Numbered from the stretch's first letter, positions 33,294 through 53,531 are shown. The stretch is 64,000 nt of DNA from Bacteroidales bacterium (GCA_045132055.1 JBGURP010000012.1:87366-151365), one strand, 5' to 3'. The notes: generated by a model not told the origin, from the letters alone. Translations and numbers: made by a program.

Positions 33294-33365
33294 GCTGCGT
33301 TCTTCTAACGGTTAGGAATCAAGATTCTCAATCTTGCAATACGAGTTCGATTCTCGTACGCAGTA
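33294..33365 (+). tRNA. tRNA-Glu(CTC)
   Basis: Acceptor GCTGCGT/ACGCAGT; anticodon arm CAAGA-TTCTCAA-TCTTG; T arm ACGAG-TTCGATT-CTCGT; TATTTTTG box at 33265. Confidence 0.93.
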
Positions 33366-33370
33366 CAACC

Positions 33371-33399
33371 AAGCACCTTCTTCAAAAAGGTGCTTTTTT
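33371..33399 (+). terminator. intrinsic terminator between tRNA-Glu and convergent uvrB
   Basis: AAGCACCTT/AAGGTGCTT stem followed by a T run. Confidence 0.8.
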
Positions 33400-33405
33400 A
33401 TTTTC

Positions 33406-35439
33406 CTAATACTCTTTGATTCGCTGCTCGATGCGGATCACCTCATCACGAAGCTCCGTAGCCCGGTCAAAATCCAAATCTTTGACCGCCTTGTCCATCT
33501 CCTTGCGCAACATCTTGGACCTCAATTTCAATTGCTCCAAATTCAAAAGACGTATATCATCTTCAGCGGCCATCGCCTCGATGGGTTGCACTGTCTTGTA
33601 CTTTTTCTTGTCGATTTCGCCCTGTTTGGTCACAGCTTCGTCAATCTGGCCGGCCAGATAGACCTCTTCGGACTTCACCACGCCCTTAGGCACGATGTGG
33701 TGCTCTTCGTTGTATGCCATCTGTTTTGCCCTCCGGCGGTTGGTTTCGTCCATAGTTGCCTGCATGGACTTGGTAATCTTGTTGGCATAGAAGATGACCT
33801 TGCCATTCACGTGGCGCGCCGCGCGACCGGCTGTCTGCGTGAGCGAGCGCGTATTGCGCAGGAAACCCTCCTTGTCGGCATCCATGATGGCCACCAGGGA
33901 AACTTCCGGCAAGTCCAAGCCCTCACGCAAAAGGTTCACGCCCACGAGCACGTCGATGGCGCCGAAGCGCAAATCCTTCAGAATCTCCACTCTGTCCAGC
34001 GTTTCCACATCAGAGTGGATGTAGCACGATTTGATGCCGATGCGGATCAGATAGCTGTTCAGCTCCTCGGCCATCTTCTTGGTGAGGGTCGTCACCAACA
34101 CGCGCTCGCCGCGATCCACAGTGTCCTCAATCTCATTCAGCAGGTCATCCACCTGATTGGTGGCAGGACGAACCTCAATGACAGGATCCAGCAAGCCCGT
34201 GGGGCGGACCACCTGCTCCACCACGACGCCACCCGACTGCTGCAACTCAAAGTCCGCAGGTGTGGCACTCATATACACAGTTTGCCCGATAAGGTCTTCA
34301 AACTCATTGAATTTCAGCGGTCTATTATCCAACGCCGCTGGTAAGCGGAAACCGTAATCCACTAAGTTGATCTTGCGGGAACGGTCGCCACCATACATAG
34401 CCCCGATTTGCGGCACCGTAACGTGACTCTCATCAACAACCAAGATAAAATCATCAGGGAAAAAGTCCAGAATGCAGAAAGGCCTTTGACCTGGCTGCCG
34501 CTTGTCGAAATAGCGGGAGTAATTCTCAATGCCAGAGCAATATCCCAGCTCCTTCATCATCTCCACATCATAATTCACCCGGTCCTCCAGTCGCTTGGCC
34601 TCCAAGTATTTCTCAATGGAGCGAAAATACTTCATCTGCTCGCCCAAATCAATCTTGATATTGTCAATAGCCTCATTTAACGACTGTTGCGTAGTTACAA
34701 AAATACTGGCAGGATAGATGGTGATCTTGTCCAATTTATTAATGACACCGCCAGAAGAGGCTTCGATTTCGAAAATGGATTCTATCTCATCATCAAAAAA
34801 GACAAGCCGGAAAGCGTGCTCATTGTAGGGCGGAAAGATATCGACGGTATCGCCTTTCACGCGGAACTGCGAGGTTTGCAGGTCTAGCTCGGTGCGGGAG
34901 TAGAGGCTGTTCACGAACGCGAGCAGCAGCTTGTTGCGGTCAATGAGCATGCCCGTATGGAGATGGATGACATTTTTGGCAAAGTCATCCGGATTGCCGA
35001 TACCGTATATGCAGGATACGGAGGCCACCACGATGATGTCGCGACGCCCCGACAACAGCGAAGCCGTCGTATGCAGACGCAGTTTTTCAATCTCGTCATT
35101 GATTGCCAAATCCTTCTCGATATACGTGTTCGTAGTGGGGATGTAAGCTTCAGGTTGGTAGTAATCGTAATAGGAAACGAAATACTCCACCGCATTTTCC
35201 GGAAAAAACTGCTTAAACTCGCTATAGAGCTGGGCCGCAAGCGTCTTGTTGTGGCTCAGCACCAGTGCGGGGCGGTTCAGCTCGTTGAGCACGTTGGCAA
35301 TGGTAAAGGTCTTGCCCGAACCGGTGACACCCAAAAGAGTCTGTGCCTTGTCGCCGCGCCGAAGTCCTTCTACCAACTGTTTAATAGCGGTTGGCTGATC
35401 GCCGGAAGGTTCATATGAGGAGGTTAACTTGAAATTCAT
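33406..35439 (-). CDS. uvrB: excinuclease ABC subunit B
   Basis: [38 protein letters not shown]-terminal UVR coil. Confidence 0.98.
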   Translation of the reverse strand: MNFKLTSSYEPSGDQPTAIKQLVEGLRRGDKAQTLLGVTGSGKTFTIANVLNELNRPALVLSHNKTLAAQLYSEFKQFFPENAVEYFVSYYDYYQPEAYIPTTNTYIEKDLAINDEIEKLRLHTTASLLSGRRDIIVVASVSCIYGIGNPDDFAKNVIHLHTGMLIDRNKLLLAFVNSLYSRTELDLQTSQFRVKGDTVDIFPPYNEHAFRLVFFDDEIESIFEIEASSGGVINKLDKITIYPASIFVTTQQSLNEAIDNIKIDLGEQMKYFRSIEKYLEAKRLEDRVNYDVEMMKELGYCSGIENYSRYFDKRQPGQRPFCILDFFPDDFILVVDESHVTVPQIGAMYGGDRSRKINLVDYGFRLPAALDNRPLKFNEFEDLIGQTVYMSATPADFELQQSGGVVVEQVVRPTGLLDPVIEVRPATNQVDDLLNEIEDTVDRGERVLVTTLTKKMAEELNSYLIRIGIKSCYIHSDVETLDRVEILKDLRFGAIDVLVGVNLLREGLDLPEVSLVAIMDADKEGFLRNTRSLTQTAGRAARHVNGKVIFYANKITKSMQATMDETNRRRAKQMAYNEEHHIVPKGVVKSEEVYLAGQIDEAVTKQGEIDKKKYKTVQPIEAMAAEDDIRLLNLEQLKLRSKMLRKEMDKAVKDLDFDRATELRDEVIRIEQRIKEY

Positions 35440-35458
35440 TCTTCAATTTTAAAGGGGG

Positions 35459-35483
35459 CAAAAATAATAAAATTGTATCTTTG
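35459..35483. promoter_or_regulatory. back-to-back divergent -7 boxes for uvrB (-) and holA (+)
   Basis: TATTTTTG on the minus strand at 35459-35466; TATCTTTG on the plus strand at 35476-35483. Confidence 0.65.
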
Positions 35484-35509
35484 CAACCTAGTTTTAATGT
35501 CAGAGGATT

Positions 35510-36505
35510 ATGATAAAATACGAAGAACTTGTAGCTCAATTGAAAAGCCGTCAGTTCAAGCCGGTTTACTTGCTCATGGGCGAGGAGCCGTTTTACATTG
35601 ACCGGATTTGCAGGTTCTTCGAAAACAAGGTCATCGAAGAGGCCGACCGCGACTTCAACCAAGTGGTACTGTACGGCAAGGACACCTCAGCGGCTGAGAT
35701 TGTAGCCAACGCCAAAGAGTTTCCGTTCGGCAGCCAGTACAAGCTGGTCATCGTCAAGGAGGCCAAGGACTTGAAGGACATCGACCTGCTGAAATCCTAC
35801 GTGGAAAATCCAGTAGAATCCTCCATTCTGGTCATCTGCTACAAATACGGCAAGCTCAAAGCCACGCAGTACAAGGCTTACGAAAAGAAAGGTGTGGTGT
35901 TTGAGTCCGTAGGCATCAAGGACTGGAACCTGCCCGACTGGGTGCAGAAAACTGCCGCAGCCTTCAAGTACAAGCTGGATGCGCAATCCGCTTACATCCT
36001 CACCGAGCATATCGGCAACGATTTGTCGCGCATTTTCAACGAATTTGAGAAGCTGAAGGTCATCCTGCCACCCGGCAGCTCCATCACCCCTGATATCATC
36101 GAGCAATACATCGGCATCAGCAAAGAGTACAATATTTTTGAATTGCAGGAGGCGTTAGGCGAGCGAAATCTTCAAAAAACGTACAAAATCATCCAGAATT
36201 TCACCCAGCATCTGAAAGAAAACCCCAACATCAAGACTATCCTGATGTTGTACAATTTCTACCACAAAATGCTGATGTACCATCTGTCGCCTGACAAGAG
36301 CAACGAGGCCTTGCGTGCCATCTACGGCAACCTGCCGCCCATGATCATGAGCAAAAATGTGCGCTACGCACAAAGTCACACCTTATCTCAGCTCACCTAT
36401 ATCATCTCGGTACTAAGGGAATACGACGTCAAATCCAAAGGTGTGGACTCCAACTGCGAGGAGGGCGAGTTGCTGAAAGAAATGATTTACAAGATTACAC
36501 GATAA
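35510..36505 (+). CDS. holA: DNA polymerase III delta subunit
   Basis: PVYLLMGEEPFYID, RDFNQVVLYG, LVIVKEA, GISKEYNIFELQ.AL, DVKSKG. Confidence 0.93.
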   Translation: MIKYEELVAQLKSRQFKPVYLLMGEEPFYIDRICRFFENKVIEEADRDFNQVVLYGKDTSAAEIVANAKEFPFGSQYKLVIVKEAKDLKDIDLLKSYVENPVESSILVICYKYGKLKATQYKAYEKKGVVFESVGIKDWNLPDWVQKTAAAFKYKLDAQSAYILTEHIGNDLSRIFNEFEKLKVILPPGSSITPDIIEQYIGISKEYNIFELQEALGERNLQKTYKIIQNFTQHLKENPNIKTILMLYNFYHKMLMYHLSPDKSNEALRAIYGNLPPMIMSKNVRYAQSHTLSQLTYIISVLREYDVKSKGVDSNCEEGELLKEMIYKITR

Positions 36506-36520
36506 CATTCATATTTCAAG

Positions 36521-38626
36521 ATGAAAAAGATTTTATGGTTTGTCTGGGTTTTTGTCTTGTGCATGTCCCTTGGGCAAGCACAGAATGCCACTTCCGTCCA
36601 GACTTTCAAGCCTTTACAGTCTCAGGGCGAGTTCCCTTCTTTTTTAAATGAAGTGCTTGCTGCTTCTCCCAAAGACAATATTTATAATGTCTTTTTGAAA
36701 AATCTCGTATCAGAAGGAAAAATCCTATACGGGACGGAGTTGAACCAATACATTGACCATATTGCCGACCAGTTGCTGGCCAAAAATCCCGATTTGCGCA
36801 AAGAAATAGATATTTACATTCTGGAAGTACCGGAAGTGAATGCCTATTCTCTTAAAAACGGGACCATTCTAATAAACATGGGGATGCTGGCGCAAGTTAC
36901 CAACGAAGCGGAACTGGCTTTTGTCATTGCGCACGAGATTGCTCACTACAGTGAGCGTCACGGCACATTGGATCCAAAGAACAAATCCAAAAACAAGGAT
37001 GTCGTGACCGATTATTTGCAAACCCATCAATATTCACGTGACCAGGAGTTTGCGGCCGACCGCGTGGGGTTGACCCAGTATTTCAAGAATTCGTCATACA
37101 GTTTCGATGTGTTGGACGGAATTTTCGATGTTTTACTCTTTTCCAATCTGCCTTTTGATGAGATACCGTTTGAAAGATCCGAAGTGGAAACCGGATTCTA
37201 TTCATTTCCGGAGAATTACTTCCTGAAGACCGTCGCCACTATCTCCAACCGTTCCGCTATCGTGGATACTTTTCTCACGCATCCCAACATTGAAAAGCGC
37301 CGTGCCGCAGTCAAAGTGCTCACCCAAAGCTTCTCCAACGAAAACCGTAAAAGATTCGTACAGTCGGAAGAAGACTTTTACCGGATTCGCGACCTGGCTC
37401 GTTTCTCCTGCATTGAGTATTATCTGATTCGCCACCAATACGACCGGGCAATTTACAACATTCATGTGCTGCAACAGCTGTTCCCCGACAACGAGTATCT
37501 GGAAAGCGCTATGGTTTCTGCCTTATACGGGGCTTCGAAGCACAAATCCGAGGGGTCCATCAGCTCCACCTACAAATCCTACAAAAATGTAGAAGGTGAG
37601 ATGCAGCAAGTGAGTTATTTCATGTCCAAGATGAATCGCCTGGAATATTCACTGCTGGCGCTTCGCAAAGCATGGGCAGCCAGGGAAAAGCATCCTGACG
37701 ACCCATACCTGAATAGCATAACCAAAGAGCTCCTACAAGACATCTTTGTAAAACAGAAGAAGACTTACGTCGATTTTTGCGACTATCCACAAGGTACCAA
37801 GCTGGAAGATATCCACGAAGAAGAGGTGACCTCCACCACAGGCGAATCGAAATACGACCGTATCAAACAGCAGACAAACACGGGCAAGGTGCTACCCGAA
37901 GCAAAATTCAAGACAGCCAATTACATGTTGGTTGACATCCATCAGGATTCGCTGTTCAAGGCGTGGGTGAACGATGCCATCATCAATTCCGATGCCATCA
38001 ATCTGTTAGAGAATCTAACCGAAAAGCATATTGGAGATGAAAAGCGGTTGCTCATTGCCGAGCCTATCTACCAAATCTACGACAGTGAATCCCAAGTGCA
38101 GCTTTCTAAAAGCAAAAAATACGCCTTGCGGCTCCAGAATATGATGGCCCGTACCACAAAGAAAATGGGGATTGAGCCAAGCACTTGCAATGTGCAACCT
38201 GGTAGCCAATTGGACACCAAAACATACAACGAACTCTCCCGAACTCGTCAATTATGCCATGACATCAACAATTGCGAGGGAGCTAGCATGCGCTATTACT
38301 CGGCAAAGTACATTGAGGACATAATCCCTAGCGTAGGCTCCAAAATGTGCTATGTATTTGTTTCCGCCAATCCGTACAGCTGGTTTACCCTTAATAAATT
38401 ATGCTTGATGATCTACTCCATTGCCTGCCCTTACACCATACCTCTTGCTGTGGCAAACTGCTGCTTTATGAAATATGACACCAACGTCAGTTTTTGCATT
38501 GTAGATGTCTCCACCAGCCAAATTGAAAAGGTTTCATCCCTCTCAAAGAGCGCACCTATCAGCAGAGCATACGTTGACGGTTTCGTTTACAATCAATTAG
38601 AAAAGTATATCAAAGGCAAAAAATGA
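36521..38626 (+). CDS. M48-family zinc metallopeptidase with long C-terminal extension
   Basis: Signal peptide; NAYS, AHEIAH (HExxH), YSRDQEFAAD, THP...R. Confidence 0.85.
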   Translation: MKKILWFVWVFVLCMSLGQAQNATSVQTFKPLQSQGEFPSFLNEVLAASPKDNIYNVFLKNLVSEGKILYGTELNQYIDHIADQLLAKNPDLRKEIDIYILEVPEVNAYSLKNGTILINMGMLAQVTNEAELAFVIAHEIAHYSERHGTLDPKNKSKNKDVVTDYLQTHQYSRDQEFAADRVGLTQYFKNSSYSFDVLDGIFDVLLFSNLPFDEIPFERSEVETGFYSFPENYFLKTVATISNRSAIVDTFLTHPNIEKRRAAVKVLTQSFSNENRKRFVQSEEDFYRIRDLARFSCIEYYLIRHQYDRAIYNIHVLQQLFPDNEYLESAMVSALYGASKHKSEGSISSTYKSYKNVEGEMQQVSYFMSKMNRLEYSLLALRKAWAAREKHPDDPYLNSITKELLQDIFVKQKKTYVDFCDYPQGTKLEDIHEEEVTSTTGESKYDRIKQQTNTGKVLPEAKFKTANYMLVDIHQDSLFKAWVNDAIINSDAINLLENLTEKHIGDEKRLLIAEPIYQIYDSESQVQLSKSKKYALRLQNMMARTTKKMGIEPSTCNVQPGSQLDTKTYNELSRTRQLCHDINNCEGASMRYYSAKYIEDIIPSVGSKMCYVFVSANPYSWFTLNKLCLMIYSIACPYTIPLAVANCCFMKYDTNVSFCIVDVSTSQIEKVSSLSKSAPISRAYVDGFVYNQLEKYIKGKK

Positions 38627-39345
38627 AAAAAATAATCCCCCTTCTCTTGTTCGTCACTGCCCTTTGCGCTCAAGTTAACGCACAGGGGTACAATTATATG
38701 GGAAAGCATGTTCTGTTCAATGCCAATGTGTCCATATCTCCCTCTTGGATCAATCCGAATCCCATGAGCCAGCATTTGTCCAACCTGCCTTCTTCCGCAA
38801 AAAAATACCTGGGTCTCAATTATTGGGTCACGCCCAGTATTGAAGCAATTGTTTGGTCAAAAGGAGCAATAGGCGCTGGCTACAATTTTTACAAGTCGCC
38901 TTTCAAAGGAAGAGCTTCCTACTACGACGATTATTATTTCAATTATTCCTACCGTGATTATAACGGCATGATCACTGCACACGGGTTCAATGTGTTCTAC
39001 AAGCAGTATTTGGGACAAACGTTCGCACCATTAGGATCTTATCTGAAATTCAACTTTGACGGTTTCTTTTACCATTACATCACAGACGATGCCCAAGAAG
39101 GCAAAGACAAACTGTTTGGTGCAAAAGTGGAATACGGGTATGACTTCCTGTTGTTCGACCGCATGCGTCTTTCTGTCGGAGCCTCTATAGGCAGCACTTT
39201 CGGTGGCATTGGATTGGCATTCAAGCAAATGACGAAGGACGATTACGATATGTCTGCCATGACCGTCAACAATTACGTGAATGCGCGCATGTTTATGGCC
39301 TACTGGTTCGGTATCAAACTTGGTATCGGCTTCTTGGCTTTCTAA
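38623..39345 (+). CDS. hypothetical outer-membrane beta-barrel protein
   Basis: Signal peptide, aromatic-rich amphipathic strands, terminal Phe (GIGFLAF); ATGA overlap with the M48 gene. Confidence 0.6.
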   Translation: MKKIIPLLLFVTALCAQVNAQGYNYMGKHVLFNANVSISPSWINPNPMSQHLSNLPSSAKKYLGLNYWVTPSIEAIVWSKGAIGAGYNFYKSPFKGRASYYDDYYFNYSYRDYNGMITAHGFNVFYKQYLGQTFAPLGSYLKFNFDGFFYHYITDDAQEGKDKLFGAKVEYGYDFLLFDRMRLSVGASIGSTFGGIGLAFKQMTKDDYDMSAMTVNNYVNARMFMAYWFGIKLGIGFLAF

Positions 39346-42300
39346 TTATTGATGATTTTCACCACACTCCTGCCTGCTCCTTTCTTGAGCACGTTGATTT
39401 GCACGGGGATACGTTCAATCAGTTCCTCGCGGTGAGAGATGATGCCCACGCGACGATTCTGCTGGCCGGCAATCTCCTGCAAGGTTTCCAGCGTCTGCAT
39501 CACGCTGTCCAGGCTCTTCTCGTCCAGCGTGCCAAAACCCTCGTCGATGAAGAGGATGTTGACATTGAGGTCGGGACGGTTGAGAGAGGAAAGCGCCAGC
39601 GACAGGGCCAATGACACCATGAAGCGCTCGCCGCCGGAGAGCACGGTCACGCTACGCACCTCATCTTTGTAATAGCGGTCCAGCACGAAAATCGACAGCT
39701 GTTCGTTCTCCTCGCTGCAGGTCAACGTATAGCGGTCGGTGATTTTGGAGAGGTAGATGTTGGCGTTGTTGAGGAGCGGGCGCAGAATGTAGGTCTGCAC
39801 CAATGTGCGGAAGCGCGCACCGCCGAAGTAGTTGTTCAGCACATTCCAGTGATTGAAACGCACGCGTGCTTTCTCGACATTTTCTTTCTGCTGTTGCAGT
39901 TTGCCCTGATAGGTTTCAAATTGGCCGATCAAATTACGGGCTGTGGTTTCCTTCTGGATTGCCGCATCGCGTTGGTTATCCAAAACCCGCTTTTGCTCCT
40001 GTAGTTCATCAAGATTCGAAATTTCATTCTCACTTTCTATCTTCAACGCCTGCAAAGATTCTGAAAGAATAGCTTTAGCGCGTTCCTGCCTGTCTTTATG
40101 CAGCGTCATCTCCAGATTCATTTTTTGAATAGATTCCCGAGCAACCTCCACCTCCGGTTTCCGGTTCATCAAAGCATCCAGCAACGCCTCTGACGAGTTG
40201 TGAGATTCATAATACCGATTCAGAACCTGCTGTAAATCTGCAACTTCCTTCGTGGTTTTATGCATAGCATCCTGCAAGCTGCGACAGGCACCTCGCAACG
40301 TGTTCCACTCGGGTTCTGCATCGTCCAGCTCTCCTTTGCGGGCTGCAATGGAAATTTGCCATCTTGGAAAATCCTGCAAAATGGACGACTGTGTGGTGCT
40401 CATGCGCTGGATTTTCTCTTGCATGGAGGACCATTCGCCCTGCTCTTTCTCCAAGGCAGTTTTGCGCTGCAGGTACTCAACAGCCTCCTGTTGCAGACGC
40501 GAGCGCACACCGGCCAAATCGCTTTGCCAGTCGGGGTAGAAGGCCTCCAGCGCACGCGAGAGCTCCGATAACAAACCCTGCTGCTCATGCTCCTGATTCG
40601 CCAACTGGACCTTGTGGTTAGCTATGTCCGCATTCTTCCCTGTCAAGTCATTTTGGACACTGTTAAATGCATCATCTTTCTCCTTTCGAACTATTTCCAA
40701 AGAAGATTTTTCATGAAGCAAAGCGTTGATTTGCCGCTGCAATGATTCAGCCTTCTGCTGAGACTGTTTAAGCTCGATTTCTTGCTCTTGCCACTCCGCC
40801 ACCTTGGCCTGGACATCCTTGGCAAGCGTCGCACTATAGGTAATATCTACCTCCTGAGCTTTAGCCTTCAGGGTTTGAATGTATTGCGATTTCTTCACAT
40901 TCAGCTCTGCCAACAAATCTTTGTTGCCTTGATGTCGCGTTTGGCATTCCGTATGGACTTTTTGCGCAGCATCCCATTCACTTTGAGCAAACGCACGTGC
41001 CGCCACCGCCTCTTCTTGCTCCTTCTTGAGCGGATCTATAAGTCCTTGGAAATCAAAATGCTCCAAATGCAAATGATTGATCTGCTGACCACACAAAGGA
41101 CAGTTTTCCATCTCCGAAAGATGGCTGCGCAACATGGTCAGCTTTTCGTCCATGCTGGCCTGCATGTCGTTGAGCCGCGACAAGGCTTTGTCTGCATTCT
41201 CCGCCGCCAAACGATATTTCTCCTGAGCGGCATTTGCTTTAAGCAGCAACTCGGGCAAGATCTTTTCATCTTCCAGCATTTTTTTGCCAAGATCATCCGC
41301 CTGCTCCACCACTTTCCGCAATTCTCCGATCTCAGTCAACATGGTTTCGGCCTTAGTCTTCCATTGATGAAAGGCGTTCAACTTTTCATTGACCTCTTCC
41401 AATTTGAGTGCATTTCGCTCCGTCTGTAATTTATTGATTTCTTTATCTTTATCCTGAACTTGTTGTAAAGATTGCTGTTGTTGAGCCTGGGCTTTCGCCA
41501 ATTTTTCCTGCAAATCTGGCAACAGCGCCTCCTGACTTTTGATATTCTGCTGAAGCGCTTCCATGTCGGATTGCATCTTGAGCGCTTGTCCTAACTTGAC
41601 ATCAATGGTTTTGGCCTCCGTATAAAGATCATCTTGCTTCTTTCTCTCTCCAAGCCACGTTTCTTCTTCTTTAAGATGTTGTTCCTGAATCTGTTGCTGT
41701 TGCCGATGCCATTCCAAATCCGCAAAGAGAGCAGCATATTGCCGTTGATGGCTTTCTGTCTGTAAACGTTGCTGATTCTGCTCTTGCAACTGGTCTTTCA
41801 TCTGCTGGCGTTGATGCCGCACCTCATCTGTAGTCTCCCAATCTTTAACCAATTGCTCTTTGGCTTTATATTCTTCACTTTCTGTCTGCTGTTTCAACAG
41901 TTGTAAAGCCTGCTGGGCTTGTTGCAGCTCCTTTTGCGCATTCAAAACAGATTCTGTCCACTTTATTTGATGGGTGATTTCCCCAATCTTGGCATCCAGC
42001 TCTGTTTTCTGTTTCTCCGCTTCTGATATTTGCCGTTTACATTCCTCCGCATCAATTGTGCCCGCATCCTTCAGTGCATCTTTCAGCTTGTCTTCCTCAA
42101 ATTCATGTGTTTTCTTAGCATTTTTGAAGATACGGCTTATCGCCTCGCCATATTGGGAAAAGAGCTCGGTGTTGGTCAATTGTTCCAATATGGTAGTGCG
42201 CTCCTCTTTGCCTCCACACAGGAAAGCGGCAAACTGTCCCTGGGCCAGCATAACCATGCGCGTAAACTGGTCGAAGGTGAGCCCTATCGCTTTCTTTTCT

Positions 42301-42791
42301 ATGATGGGCGTGATGTCTTTGTCCTTATCCCACATCTGATCACCTTGCGCCAGCGTCCATTCCAACTCCTTATATTTGCGAATGTAGTTGCCGTCAGCAT
42401 CTTTTTTGCGACTTTTGGTAATGCCCAAGGCGAGTTTGGCTGTATATCGGAGACCGTCGTTGCCCTCAAACAGCAGTTCGCTGTAACACTCGTCCTTTTC
42501 GCTGATGCCGATACGGGTGTATTGCTCGATGCTGGTTACATTCACGCTCTCGCCACTGCTGTTGGAGAAGACGTTGTTGTTCTTGCTGGCCACACTGACC
42601 GTGCGGGGAGTCCGTTTATAGAGAGCCATCGCGATGCCGTCAAGCAGCACCGACTTGCCCGCGCCTGTGTCGCCAGCGATGAGAAAGAGGGGAACTTGCT
42701 GGCCGTTCTGCGCGTCGCGAAGCTCCTCGAAATTGATGTCCGCACACTCAATGGAAGCGATGTTTCGCAAATGCAATTCCAGTATTTTCAT
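39342..42791 (-). CDS. sbcC: SbcC/Rad50 ATPase
   Basis: GDTGAGKS, LAQGQF, CPLCG zinc hook, LSGGE, FIDEGFG, coiled coils. Confidence 0.93.
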   Translation of the reverse strand: MKILELHLRNIASIECADINFEELRDAQNGQQVPLFLIAGDTGAGKSVLLDGIAMALYKRTPRTVSVASKNNNVFSNSSGESVNVTSIEQYTRIGISEKDECYSELLFEGNDGLRYTAKLALGITKSRKKDADGNYIRKYKELEWTLAQGDQMWDKDKDITPIIEKKAIGLTFDQFTRMVMLAQGQFAAFLCGGKEERTTILEQLTNTELFSQYGEAISRIFKNAKKTHEFEEDKLKDALKDAGTIDAEECKRQISEAEKQKTELDAKIGEITHQIKWTESVLNAQKELQQAQQALQLLKQQTESEEYKAKEQLVKDWETTDEVRHQRQQMKDQLQEQNQQRLQTESHQRQYAALFADLEWHRQQQQIQEQHLKEEETWLGERKKQDDLYTEAKTIDVKLGQALKMQSDMEALQQNIKSQEALLPDLQEKLAKAQAQQQQSLQQVQDKDKEINKLQTERNALKLEEVNEKLNAFHQWKTKAETMLTEIGELRKVVEQADDLGKKMLEDEKILPELLLKANAAQEKYRLAAENADKALSRLNDMQASMDEKLTMLRSHLSEMENCPLCGQQINHLHLEHFDFQGLIDPLKKEQEEAVAARAFAQSEWDAAQKVHTECQTRHQGNKDLLAELNVKKSQYIQTLKAKAQEVDITYSATLAKDVQAKVAEWQEQEIELKQSQQKAESLQRQINALLHEKSSLEIVRKEKDDAFNSVQNDLTGKNADIANHKVQLANQEHEQQGLLSELSRALEAFYPDWQSDLAGVRSRLQQEAVEYLQRKTALEKEQGEWSSMQEKIQRMSTTQSSILQDFPRWQISIAARKGELDDAEPEWNTLRGACRSLQDAMHKTTKEVADLQQVLNRYYESHNSSEALLDALMNRKPEVEVARESIQKMNLEMTLHKDRQERAKAILSESLQALKIESENEISNLDELQEQKRVLDNQRDAAIQKETTARNLIGQFETYQGKLQQQKENVEKARVRFNHWNVLNNYFGGARFRTLVQTYILRPLLNNANIYLSKITDRYTLTCSEENEQLSIFVLDRYYKDEVRSVTVLSGGERFMVSLALSLALSSLNRPDLNVNILFIDEGFGTLDEKSLDSVMQTLETLQEIAGQQNRRVGIISHREELIERIPVQINVLKKGAGRSVVKIINN

Positions 42792-44089
42792 AGTCCGCCT
42801 CCTTCCCTGTTTCCGTTTTCTTCTGCGGTTGGAACAGATTTTCTGTTCTTTTTCAGCTTCACTTCCTCCTGCATCTGTCGGAGCTCATTTTCCACCTCCG
42901 CGAAATCCATTCTCAATTTTTCCAAATCCAGTTCCGGATACTGGTCGATGGTCTTCTCGATGAAATCCATGGGATTGGTCATTTCCTGAAGTTCTGCCAC
43001 CTCAAACACAGGTTTCGAGGCAGCCGACTGCTGCGATTCGCCCACCCAAATGGTTTTGGGATTGTAGCGCACCTCATCCTCCAGCCCTTGAAGGAGCTGA
43101 TAGATGTGTTGGTCAAAGTCGGGAGGGAGAATGGCGCTGTAGCAGATGCGCAGCCGTATATAACCCGTTTTGCCTTGGTTCACAAACTGTTGCACAGCAT
43201 CAATGGCATCTTCGGCAGTGCTGGCTGCTGTGCCGTCCAAGGGCAATTCGTAGAAATGTCGCAGCTCGTCAATGCGGAGACGTTTGAGGTGAACCTCACT
43301 GCCATGTTCGGCAACCTCCACAAAGCTGACCGTGTGGGGATACTTTTCATCGCAGCTTACGTGCAGTGCACTGCCCGAATAGCGGGCGATTCCAGAGGGG
43401 TATTCTTGCTCGTCGGACGACTCGTCTGCCAAGGGATAGCCGATGGTTTGCGGCCGATGAATATGCCCTAGGGCTAGATAGTCGTAGCCTGCACCCATAT
43501 CTTCTGCAGTTTGGGTGGAAATCTTGCCAATTTCAAAGTCGTGGCCCGTAACATCGGCGCCCGCCACAGCGGTATGGCCAGTCATGACCACCGGCAGGTG
43601 TGACGTGTTTTCATTGCCTACATAGTCCAATATTTTCTGTATCAGCGCGCGGCGATTGCCCACCATGTAAGGCAGAGCCACCACATAGCCGCTTGGCACG
43701 CGCACCAGGAAACGTTCCTGCCAGCCGTCTGGCTGTTCCAGCAGCTCGGCAGAGGGCGCTACGCCTACGATATGTACGCCAAGGCACTCCCACACTTTCG
43801 CATCCGCTTGCAGGCGCGAGGCGGAATCGTGGTTGCCCGCAATGATGATGATGCTCATGTCGGGGCACTGGCGATGCAACTCTACAAACGTGTCCGTGAA
43901 AAACTTCTTCACGAAGGCGGAAGGCTGCTGAATATCGAACACATCGCCGCTCACCAGCAAGACATCTGGCGCGTACTGGCGGCACCAACCGCCCAGCTGC
44001 CAGAAGAAATGCTCGTGCTCGTCCACCCGGTCATAATTCTGATAAAGAATCTGCCCCAGGTGCAAATCGGCGCAATGCAGGAGTTTCAT
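42788..44089 (-). CDS. sbcD: SbcD/Mre11 nuclease
   Basis: ADLHLG, GDVFD, AGNHDS, YLALGHIH, YSGS; TATTTTTG box at 44109-44116. Confidence 0.94.
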   Translation of the reverse strand: MKLLHCADLHLGQILYQNYDRVDEHEHFFWQLGGWCRQYAPDVLLVSGDVFDIQQPSAFVKKFFTDTFVELHRQCPDMSIIIIAGNHDSASRLQADAKVWECLGVHIVGVAPSAELLEQPDGWQERFLVRVPSGYVVALPYMVGNRRALIQKILDYVGNENTSHLPVVMTGHTAVAGADVTGHDFEIGKISTQTAEDMGAGYDYLALGHIHRPQTIGYPLADESSDEQEYPSGIARYSGSALHVSCDEKYPHTVSFVEVAEHGSEVHLKRLRIDELRHFYELPLDGTAASTAEDAIDAVQQFVNQGKTGYIRLRICYSAILPPDFDQHIYQLLQGLEDEVRYNPKTIWVGESQQSAASKPVFEVAELQEMTNPMDFIEKTIDQYPELDLEKLRMDFAEVENELRQMQEEVKLKKNRKSVPTAEENGNREGGGL

Positions 44090-44118
44090 AGCATCATAAT
44101 TTTGCGTACAAAAATAAT

Positions 44119-44146
44119 AAAAAAGGCAAGCATGAGAATGCCTGCC
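44119..44146 (-). terminator. intrinsic terminator of atpDC
   Basis: GGCAGGCAT-TCTC-ATGCTTGCC followed by T6 on the minus strand. Confidence 0.75.
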
Positions 44147-44168
44147 CTGACTATATTAGTATTGAATA

Positions 44169-44405
44169 TTACTCGGCAAGCACCAAGATGTTGTCGTGCA
44201 ACACCTCGGCCACGCCACCGTTGATGTCAAAAAACTGGGTGTTGTTCTCCATATCCTCAATCTTGACACGGCCTTTTTGCAACGCGGCCACCAGCGCGGC
44301 ATGATGCTCCAAAATCTCGAACAAGCCGTCAATGCCAGGCAATTGCACCAAGCTAACTTCGCCCGTGAAAACCGATTTATCCGGTGTTCTGATTTCCAAC
44401 TTCAT
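44169..44405 (-). CDS. atpC: F1 ATP synthase epsilon subunit (short Bacteroidetes form)
   Basis: LEIRTPD, LPG..G.FEIL.HHA, INGGVAEV; directly follows atpD. Confidence 0.92.
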   Translation of the reverse strand: MKLEIRTPDKSVFTGEVSLVQLPGIDGLFEILEHHAALVAALQKGRVKIEDMENNTQFFDINGGVAEVLHDNILVLAE

Positions 44406-44413
44406 AGCATCAG

Positions 44414-46122
<1,709 letters not shown>

Positions 46123-46129
46123 CAAAAGC

Positions 46130-46162
46130 AAAAAGCTCAGTCAATTAGGCTGAGCTTTTTTT
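46130..46162. terminator. bidirectional terminator between tRNA-Gly and the NRPS
   Basis: AAAAAGCTCAG...CTGAGCTTTTTTT. Confidence 0.8.
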
Positions 46163-46220
46163 GTGTTGAAATGAGGATTACTCCTACTATATAGAACGTT
46201 ACTATAATCTTTATAGCGCA

Positions 46221-53531
<7,311 letters not shown>

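Noticed and set aside
33334-34344. 336-aa ORF starting inside tRNA-Glu
   Set aside because: Overlaps the tRNA and its terminator and is antisense to uvrB
39342-44089. SMC-like ATPase plus nuclease as a possible defence system
   Set aside because: Motifs and gene order match ordinary SbcCD; no accessory defence genes
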